Positions 43,682-51,067 of a stretch of DNA of 64,000 nucleotides are shown here, one piece after another (position 1 is the stretch's first letter; each line of letters opens with the position of its first letter). The stretch is from Chloroflexota bacterium (lineage in GTDB: Bacteria; Chloroflexota; Limnocylindria; Limnocylindrales; CSP1-4). A program made the translations under genes and the position numbers. The stretch covers positions 92,740 through 156,739 of the forward strand of contig JAJZRG010000002.1 of assembly GCA_021802825.1 (NCBI GenBank). Reading direction: 5' to 3'. Under the pieces are notes generated by a model. That model was not told the DNA's origin. It saw nothing but the letters and a program-made list of their open reading frames with translations, and did not search any database.

Positions 43682-46600
43682 ATGCGAGGCGGCCCGGAGG
43701 GGAGGACAGTCAAGATCGCCCGCCTCGAGGACCTGACCAACGGCGCGCTCCTCGCCGGCGTCGTGCCCGACGCCCACGTGACGGTGGTGAACGTCGCCTG
43801 GCACGGCTCCGCCGTCGTGACGCTCACGTACCGGCTTGCGGACGGCGCCGTCGCGGAGAAGCTCCTGTTCCGCGAGGACGAGCCCAAGCTCGTGCTGGTC
43901 GCGGAGGGCCGTCCGTGGTCGTTCGACGGGGACGGCGACGCCTTCCGGCTCGCGTCCGAGGCCAAGCGCATCAGCCTCGCGTACCTGTTCGACCCGTACG
44001 TCGCAGTCTCGACGAGCCTCGTGGAGCCGCTGCCGCACCAGATCACCGCGGTCTACCGGGAGCTCCTCGACCGCCAGCCGCTCTCGTTCCTGCTGGCGGA
44101 CGACCCGGGCGCCGGCAAGACGATCATGACCGGGCTCTACATCCGGGAGCTCCTGGTCCGCGGCGAGCTGCGCCGGTGCCTGATCGTCGCGCCGGGCTCG
44201 CTCGTCGAGCAGTGGCAGCAGGAGCTGGCGGACAAGTTCCACCTCCACTTCACGCTGCTCAGCAACGAGCTCGCCAACGGCTCCCCGTCGGGCAACGTCT
44301 TCGCGGACAACGACCTGCTGATCGCGCGCCTCGACAAGCTGAGCCGAGACGAGGACCTCCAGCTCGCCATCGAGAACGCGCCCGACTACGACCTGATCGT
44401 GTTCGACGAGGCGCACAAGCTCGCGGCGACCCTGTTCGGCGACGAAGTGAAGGAGACCCGGCGCCGCAAGCTCGCCGTCAGGATCCGCGACCACGGCCGG
44501 AACCTGCTGCTCCTGACCGCCACGCCCCACAACGGCAAGGAGGCGGACTTCGAGCTGTTCATGAGCCTCCTCGACCCCGACCGGTTCGCGGGGCACAAGC
44601 GCAAGGCGTCCGAGACCGCCCCGCCCGCATCGAAGACCGACGGCCTGATGCGCCGGCTCATCAAGGAGCAGCTCGTCAAGTTCGACGGCACGGCGCTGTT
44701 CCCGCCGCGCTTCGCCTACGTCGTGCCCTACGACCTCTCGGACGCCGAGGCCGTGCTCTACGAGCGCGTCACCGCGTACGTGCGCGACGAGATGAACCGC
44801 GCCGAGCGGCTCAAGGCGGAGGGGGAGGGGAGGCGCGGCACGATCGTCGGGTTCGCCCTGACGGTCCTCCAGCGCCGCCTCGCCAGCTCGCCCGAGGCGA
44901 TCTACCAGAGCCTCCGCCGACGCCGCGAGCGCCTCGAGCGGACCGTCGCCGAGACGGAACTGCTGCGCCAGAGTGCGGAGGTGCGTCTGCGGATCCCCGA
45001 GCTCGACCAGGTCAGCCTGACGACGATCCGCGAGCTGTCCGAGGAGGGCGACGACGTCGACCCCGACGACGCCACCGCCGCCGAGACCGAGGACACCGAG
45101 GAGACCGCGGTCGACCTCGCGACCGCGGCCACGACGATCGCCGAGCTCCGGACCGAGATCGGCATCCTGCGCGAGCTCGAGGCGCTCGCGGCCGACGTCC
45201 GCCGGCGCGGCACCGACACCAAGTGGACGGAGCTGTCCCGCCTCTTCCAGGAGGCGCCCGAGATGGTCGACGCGGGCGGCGGGCGCCGCAAGCTCGTCGT
45301 GTTCACCGAGCACCGCGACACGCTCAACTACCTCGCCGAGCGGATCGGCACGTTCCTCGGCCGCCCCGAGGCGATCGTCGCCATCCACGGCGGCCTGCCG
45401 CGCGACCAGCGCCGCGCCGCCGAGAGCCGGTTCAAGAGCGACCCGGACGCGATCGTGCTCCTCGCGACCGACGCCGCGGGCGAGGGCATCAACCTCCAGC
45501 GCGCCCACCTGATGGTCAACTACGACCTGCCCTGGAACCCCAACCGGCTCGAGCAGCGGTTCGGCCGGATCCACCGCATCGGCCAGACCGAGGTCTGTCA
45601 CCTCTGGAACCTCGTCGCCCACCAGACCCGCGAGGGTGACGTCTACGCGCGGCTGCTCGAGAAGATCCAGGTCGAGTCCGAGGCCCTGGGCGGCGCCGTG
45701 TTCGACGTCCTGGGCCAGCTCACGTTCGAGGACGGCAAGAGCCTCCGCGACCTCCTCATCGACGCCGTGCGCAAGGGCGACTCGCCCGAGATGCGCCTCT
45801 GGCTGACGGACGTCCTCGACGACGCGCTCGACCAAGACAACCTGCGCGCCCTCCTGCGCCAGCGTGCGCTCGGGGCGAACCTCCTCGACGCGGCGACCGT
45901 CGCCGGCGTCCGCGACCAGCTCGAGCGCGCCGAGGCCGCGAGGCTCCAGCCGCACTACGTCCGCGGGTTCTTCCTCGAGGCGTTCCGGGGCCAGGGCGGC
46001 ACGGTGCGCGAGCGCGAGCCCGGCCGGTACGAGCTCACGAAGGTGCCGGGGCGCATCCGCGATCGCGCCCGCGAGGCCGGCTACCGCCCGGCGGTGCTTG
46101 GCGCGTACGAGCGGATCGCGTTCGAGAAGGACCGGGTCGCGGTTGCCGGGACGCCGCTCGCCGAGTACGTGTGCCCCGGGCACCCGCTCCTCGAGGCCAC
46201 GATCGACCTCGTCCTCCACGAGCACCGCGACCTGCTCCGCCGAGGGGCGCTGCTCGTGGACCCGACCGACCCCGGCGACGAGCTGCGGGCCCTCGTGTAC
46301 CTCGAGCACTCCGTCATCGACGCGCGGCCCAACCGCAACGGCGGCCCTTCGGTCGTGTCGCGGCGCCTCGAGTTCGTCGAGATCGGAGCACTCGACGCGC
46401 GGGGCGCCGGCGCCGCGCCGTACCTCGACTACCGGGGGGCGACAGCCGACGAGCGGACGAAGCTCACCCCGGCGATCGCAGGCCAGCCCTGGCTCGTCGG
46501 GTCGGCGGTCGAGGGTCGAGCGCTCGCGCACGCCATCGAGCACCTGTCCCGCGCGCACCTCGCGGAGGTCCGCGAGCGCACGCTCGACCGGGTCGGCCGT

Positions 46601-47287
46601 ACGCGGCGCGAGGTCGACGCCCGCCTGACCTACGAGATCAACTATTGGGACGGACGGGCGTGGAAGCTCGAGCAGGAGGAGGCCGCCGGCAAGAGCGTCA
46701 AGCTCCCCAGCCTCCAGGCCCGCAGGCGCTCGGACGACCTGCGCGACCGACTGCGCTCGCGCAGCCGCGAGCTCGACCAGGAGGCGCAGGTGGACGCGCT
46801 GCCGCCCGTCGTCGTGGGCGGGGCAATCGTCGTGCCGCAGGGACTCCTCAACCGCCTGTCGGGCAGGCCTGCGCCCGAGGTCGACCTGTTCGCCCGAGAG
46901 ACCCGGCGCATCGAGCTGGCTGCCATGCAGACCGTGTTCGCCGCCGAGCGCGCCGCCGGCCGCGAGCCGCGCGACGTGTCCGCGGACAAGGTGGGCTGGG
47001 ACGTGGAGTCGCGCGAGCCGGGGGGTCGGCTCCGCTTCATCGAGGTCAAGGGCCGCGCCGCGGGCGCGACGACCGTCACGGTGACGCGTAACGAGATCGC
47101 CAAGTCATTCAACGTCCCGGACCGCTGGTACCTCGCCATCGTGACCGTGGACGGCGAGCACGCCGACCCGCCAGTCTACCTGCGCACGCCCTTCCGGCAG
47201 GCGCCGGAGCAGGCGGCGACATCGGTCAACTACGCCATCAAGGAGCTCCTCGAACAGGGGCACATCGTCGAGGTGGGAGGTGTGTAG
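43682..47287 (+). CDS. SNF2-family (superfamily 2) helicase with C-terminal DUF3883 restriction-endonuclease-like domain
   Basis: Motif I LADDPGAGKT, motif II DEAHK, helicase-C region (LATDAAGEGINLQRAHLMVNYDLPWNPNRLEQRFGRIHRIGQ), C-terminal DUF3883-like segment (RLRFIEVKGRAAGATTVTVTRNEIAKSFNVPDRWYLAIV). Start taken at ATG 43682; the longer tracked ORF is an antisense extension across the IS110 gene. Confidence 0.9.
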   Translation: MRGGPEGRTVKIARLEDLTNGALLAGVVPDAHVTVVNVAWHGSAVVTLTYRLADGAVAEKLLFREDEPKLVLVAEGRPWSFDGDGDAFRLASEAKRISLAYLFDPYVAVSTSLVEPLPHQITAVYRELLDRQPLSFLLADDPGAGKTIMTGLYIRELLVRGELRRCLIVAPGSLVEQWQQELADKFHLHFTLLSNELANGSPSGNVFADNDLLIARLDKLSRDEDLQLAIENAPDYDLIVFDEAHKLAATLFGDEVKETRRRKLAVRIRDHGRNLLLLTATPHNGKEADFELFMSLLDPDRFAGHKRKASETAPPASKTDGLMRRLIKEQLVKFDGTALFPPRFAYVVPYDLSDAEAVLYERVTAYVRDEMNRAERLKAEGEGRRGTIVGFALTVLQRRLASSPEAIYQSLRRRRERLERTVAETELLRQSAEVRLRIPELDQVSLTTIRELSEEGDDVDPDDATAAETEDTEETAVDLATAATTIAELRTEIGILRELEALAADVRRRGTDTKWTELSRLFQEAPEMVDAGGGRRKLVVFTEHRDTLNYLAERIGTFLGRPEAIVAIHGGLPRDQRRAAESRFKSDPDAIVLLATDAAGEGINLQRAHLMVNYDLPWNPNRLEQRFGRIHRIGQTEVCHLWNLVAHQTREGDVYARLLEKIQVESEALGGAVFDVLGQLTFEDGKSLRDLLIDAVRKGDSPEMRLWLTDVLDDALDQDNLRALLRQRALGANLLDAATVAGVRDQLERAEAARLQPHYVRGFFLEAFRGQGGTVREREPGRYELTKVPGRIRDRAREAGYRPAVLGAYERIAFEKDRVAVAGTPLAEYVCPGHPLLEATIDLVLHEHRDLLRRGALLVDPTDPGDELRALVYLEHSVIDARPNRNGGPSVVSRRLEFVEIGALDARGAGAAPYLDYRGATADERTKLTPAIAGQPWLVGSAVEGRALAHAIEHLSRAHLAEVRERTLDRVGRTRREVDARLTYEINYWDGRAWKLEQEEAAGKSVKLPSLQARRRSDDLRDRLRSRSRELDQEAQVDALPPVVVGGAIVVPQGLLNRLSGRPAPEVDLFARETRRIELAAMQTVFAAERAAGREPRDVSADKVGWDVESREPGGRLRFIEVKGRAAGATTVTVTRNEIAKSFNVPDRWYLAIVTVDGEHADPPVYLRTPFRQAPEQAATSVNYAIKELLEQGHIVEVGGV

Positions 47288-47338
47288 CCTCGCTGCACGT
47301 GCTGGTTCTCGGCGCGGCCGGAGTCCGGAGGTTGACGC

Positions 47339-48565
47339 ATGAGCCGTGGCGGGCCTGTGGGAGCGGCAACGCGGCAGCGGGTAGCCGCCGCCATCGACGC
47401 CGCCATCACCGCGCATTCGAGCGCGCGGCCATCGGCCCGAGACATTCTCGATTCGGCGCTCGAGGAGTTGCCCGGCTCGTCCGGCGACACCCGCGGCCCG
47501 TGGGTGGGGCGGTCCGCGAGCTTCGATGCCATGCTCGAGGAGGCCCAGTCGCGGTGGCCCGAGGACTTCGAGGCCACGCTGCTCGAGTTCGTCGATGGGA
47601 TGATCTCCGAGCAGGCGGCTCTCGACCGGTTCGCCACTTGGTCGGACAGGCCCTGGGGGACAACCGGTCCGGAGTGGACCGACATTGGGGCAGACATCAC
47701 CGAGATCGGCGTCGAGTGGAGCGGCGGGTTGTCGCCCTTGGCTTCCAGCGACCTCGTGTTCCGGCCTGGCGGCGCGTCACGCACGGAGGTCTACCACGGG
47801 GGATCCCCGGAGACCGAGCACGCATCGTTCGATCTGAGCGCGTTCGAGGATCTGGCGCGGGCGGCCGCCGCGCTGTACGCCCCGCGGGAGCACCCGCGGG
47901 ATCGGGCATCGGAGACAGTGGTCTTTGACGCCGGGGAGACGTACGTCTGGCTCCACCGTGCGCGCAGGCGTGTCCCCTGGCAGGGCTCGGCACTCGGGCC
48001 GTCCCTCGTCAAGCTGTTGAGCGAAGCAGCAGATGGTCTCGACTGGAAGCCAGCGAGCGAGCTGCCATTGAGATGGGACACCGGGCGCCCGGTCACCGGA
48101 GTCGATGGCGGGACCGTTGATTGCCCGATGTGCCGCCAGGGCATCCTCACGGCCAGGTACGGCCGGTTCGGCGAGTTCGTGGGCTGCTCGCGGTACCCCG
48201 AATGCTCCTACGTCAAGAAGGATGGACCGCCGCCGCCCGACCAGCTTGCGTTCGAGGTCCGCTGTCCCAAGAACGACGACGGCCACCTCGTCGCGCGCCG
48301 TGTCCGGCGCACCGGGAACGTCTTCTGGGGGTGCTCTGCCTACCCCAAGTGCGACTTCACGACGAGCGGCGAGCCGACGGGCGCCATCCACGATGCCCAT
48401 GAGGGTGGGCTCGGTGCGGTTGCACGGCACGGCGGCGACGGGACTTGCATGACCTGTGGCGCGGCGGTCGAGCTGCCGTCGACGGTCAGTCCCGGCTTGC
48501 GGTTGCCGGGCGGGCCACCGGACCCGGCAGCACTCTCGCGTCTCCGTCGGTCGAAGAAGCGATGA
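47339..48565 (+). CDS. Protein with two topoisomerase-type C4 zinc-ribbon domains and an uncharacterised N-terminal domain
   Basis: CPMCRQGILTARYGRFGEFVGCSRYPEC and CPKNDDGHLVARRVRRTGNVFWGCSAYPKC fit the Topo I C-terminal zinc-ribbon repeat pattern (C-x2-C ... C-x4-C). Confidence 0.6.
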   Translation: MSRGGPVGAATRQRVAAAIDAAITAHSSARPSARDILDSALEELPGSSGDTRGPWVGRSASFDAMLEEAQSRWPEDFEATLLEFVDGMISEQAALDRFATWSDRPWGTTGPEWTDIGADITEIGVEWSGGLSPLASSDLVFRPGGASRTEVYHGGSPETEHASFDLSAFEDLARAAAALYAPREHPRDRASETVVFDAGETYVWLHRARRRVPWQGSALGPSLVKLLSEAADGLDWKPASELPLRWDTGRPVTGVDGGTVDCPMCRQGILTARYGRFGEFVGCSRYPECSYVKKDGPPPPDQLAFEVRCPKNDDGHLVARRVRRTGNVFWGCSAYPKCDFTTSGEPTGAIHDAHEGGLGAVARHGGDGTCMTCGAAVELPSTVSPGLRLPGGPPDPAALSRLRRSKKR

Positions 48566-48634
48566 CTGGCGACCCGGGGATGCGGCCAGGCGCGCGCCCG
48601 ATGGCGGCCGGATCGGGGTCGGCGGAGGTCAGGC

Positions 48635-51067
48635 ATGGAGCTTAGCGATCGGCTCGCGGGCGCGGTCTGGGGGCACCTGGTCGGCGACGCGGTGGGCGTC
48701 CCGTACGAGTTCAAGCCGGCGTCCTCGATCACGAGCGTCCACTTCGGCGTCGCGGGGACCCACTCCAAGCCGGCCGGGACGTGGAGCGACGACGGCGCGC
48801 TCATGCTCGCGCTGCTCGACTCGCTGCTGCGCGATCGGCAGGACGGCGAGTCGGTCTTCGACACCGCCGACGAGGCGCAACGCTTCCTGGCGTGGTGCGA
48901 CTCGGGCGCCTACACCCCGGGCGGAGAGGGCAGGTTCGACATCGGCGGGGCGACATCGAACGCCCTTGCGCGCCTGCGTAGCGGCACCCCGGCCGAGGAC
49001 GCTGGCGGCACCGGCGAGCGCGACAACGGCAACGGGTCGCTGATGCGGATCCTTCCCCTCGCGCTCGCCGACCGCGACGCGTCCAGCGAGGTCCTCGTCG
49101 AGCGCGCCTTCCGGGCCTCCGCGGTTACGCATGGGCACGTCGTCTCGCAGGTCGCGTGCGCCATGTATGTCCTGATCGCCCGCTACCTCCTGCTCGGCTG
49201 CTCGCGTCAGGCGGCGTTCGAGCGAGCCCACGGAGCGCTGTTCGGCATGTGGGCGCCGGGGGACGACGCCCGGCTCGCGGTCCTCGCGGAGCTGATGGCG
49301 TGGAAGGGCCGGTCGGGCCGCGGCTTCGTCGTCGACTCGTTCTGGTCGGCGTGGGACGCCCTCACGGGAGCCCACGACTACCGGGGGACGATCGAACGCG
49401 CGGTGCGTTACGGGAACGACACCGACACGACGGCCGCGATCGCTGGCGGACTGGCCGGCATCCGCTTCGGCCTGTCGGGCATCCCCGCGCACTGGCTGTC
49501 CGGCATGCGCGGTGCGGAGGTCGTCGCGCCGCTCGTCGCCAGGCTCACGGGGAGCCCCGCAGCGGCGGCCCTCGCAGGCTCGCCGTTCCGCACGGAGGCG
49601 GCGGTGCCGGGTGCGCGGACGTCGGAGAGCCACCCGCTGTACGTCAACTGGGTGGAGTCGTCTGCGGTTCCTGCGGCGGCCGGCTGGACGGGACGCCTCG
49701 GCATGAGCATCCTCGCCGGAAAGAAGGCCCAGGGGATCGCCGGGCTCCACTGGCGTGACGTCGAGACGGACATCACCAGGCTCGCAGAGCACGAGCACGT
49801 GGAAACCTACGTGCTGCTCGTCGAGGATCACGAGCTCGTCGAGACCAAGACGACGGGCATCCCCGATGCGTGCGCCAGGCACGGGATCGACCTGGTCCGG
49901 TTCCCGGTGGCGGACCACGGCGTGCCGGATCACACGGGCGCATACGCCGCCACGCTCGCGGCGGTCGAGGATCGCCTGCGTGCGGGCCGGACCGTGCTCG
50001 TCACGTGCAAGGGCGGCCTCGGGCGGACTGGCACGGCGGTCGCCTGCATGCTCCGCGACGCGGGCCTCGACGCCGAGGAGGCGATGGCGGTCACCCGCCG
50101 CGCCCGCCACGGGGCGATCGACCACGGCGCGCAGGAGGCGTTCGTCCGCTCCTGGGAGCCGGCAGCGCGTGGCACGTCGGCAAGCGGCCCCGGGGGCGCC
50201 GCCGAGCTGGCCGCCGGCGACGGTTTCACCTTTATCGACGGCGTCCTCTCGGCGTACAAGGCTGAGCTCGCTCGGCTCGCCCGAGGCGTTGTCGCCGGGG
50301 CCGCGCCGTCAGCCCGGGACGCCCGGGCAAGGGTGCTCGAGGCCCACGAGCAGGCCAAGGGCCTGTGGGCGAGGTACTCGCCCGAGGCGGCCGCGTACGG
50401 GCGGGTCGTCGAGGCGGGGCAGGGACGGGCCCGGTTCTTCAACGCGCTCGTCGATGCCGCGACGGCGCGGTGGGGCCAGCCGTCCGCGTCGTACTCGGAC
50501 GCCGTCGCCTGGCAGCGGGCTAGCGAGTGGGTCGACCCGGAGCAGGACACGCTCATCATCGACTGGGTCGTAGGCGAGCTGTCGCGCGAGGCCGAGACGA
50601 TCCTCCCGTTCGACCGCTACGAGGGCGGCGGCCGAAAGCCTCTCGGCAGGCCGCGCCAGGGCGACATGACCGCCCGCCACGGCTACGGGCCGCCCGTCTT
50701 CGAGCAGTGCGGCTACACGTGCGTCTACTGCGGGCTCGAGATGGGGGCATCGTTCGAGAACTGGCTCCAGCTCTCGGTCGACCATGTCATTCCGCGCCAG
50801 ATGAAGAACGCAGGGTTCGACCCGGCCCTAGTCGAGGACATCACGAATCTCGTGACCTGCTGCCGCGAGTGCAACGACTTCGGCAACCGATACACCGTGT
50901 CGGGCGAGGCCCCGGCGACCTACGCCGCCTTCTACGATGTTCGCGACCGCGTGTTCAGCGAGCGCAAGGCGATGATCCTCGCCAAGCGCGAACAGGAGCG
51001 CGCGATCTTCGCCAAGCTGCCGGCCGCCGGGCCGGACCGACCGGCCGTGGCCGGGGAGGACGCGTGA
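48635..51067 (+). CDS. Three-domain fusion: ADP-ribosylglycohydrolase + Cys-based (CX5R) protein/dual-specificity phosphatase-like domain + HNH nuclease
   Basis: ARH motifs GAVWGHLVGDAVGVPYEF ... GNDTDTTAAIAGGLAGI (aa 1-300); phosphatase P-loop VLVTCKGGLGRTGTAVACML (aa about 455-472); HNH motif CGYTCVYCG...LSVDHVIPRQ...NLVTCCRECN (aa about 692-748). Confidence 0.8.
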   Translation: MELSDRLAGAVWGHLVGDAVGVPYEFKPASSITSVHFGVAGTHSKPAGTWSDDGALMLALLDSLLRDRQDGESVFDTADEAQRFLAWCDSGAYTPGGEGRFDIGGATSNALARLRSGTPAEDAGGTGERDNGNGSLMRILPLALADRDASSEVLVERAFRASAVTHGHVVSQVACAMYVLIARYLLLGCSRQAAFERAHGALFGMWAPGDDARLAVLAELMAWKGRSGRGFVVDSFWSAWDALTGAHDYRGTIERAVRYGNDTDTTAAIAGGLAGIRFGLSGIPAHWLSGMRGAEVVAPLVARLTGSPAAAALAGSPFRTEAAVPGARTSESHPLYVNWVESSAVPAAAGWTGRLGMSILAGKKAQGIAGLHWRDVETDITRLAEHEHVETYVLLVEDHELVETKTTGIPDACARHGIDLVRFPVADHGVPDHTGAYAATLAAVEDRLRAGRTVLVTCKGGLGRTGTAVACMLRDAGLDAEEAMAVTRRARHGAIDHGAQEAFVRSWEPAARGTSASGPGGAAELAAGDGFTFIDGVLSAYKAELARLARGVVAGAAPSARDARARVLEAHEQAKGLWARYSPEAAAYGRVVEAGQGRARFFNALVDAATARWGQPSASYSDAVAWQRASEWVDPEQDTLIIDWVVGELSREAETILPFDRYEGGGRKPLGRPRQGDMTARHGYGPPVFEQCGYTCVYCGLEMGASFENWLQLSVDHVIPRQMKNAGFDPALVEDITNLVTCCRECNDFGNRYTVSGEAPATYAAFYDVRDRVFSERKAMILAKREQERAIFAKLPAAGPDRPAVAGEDA

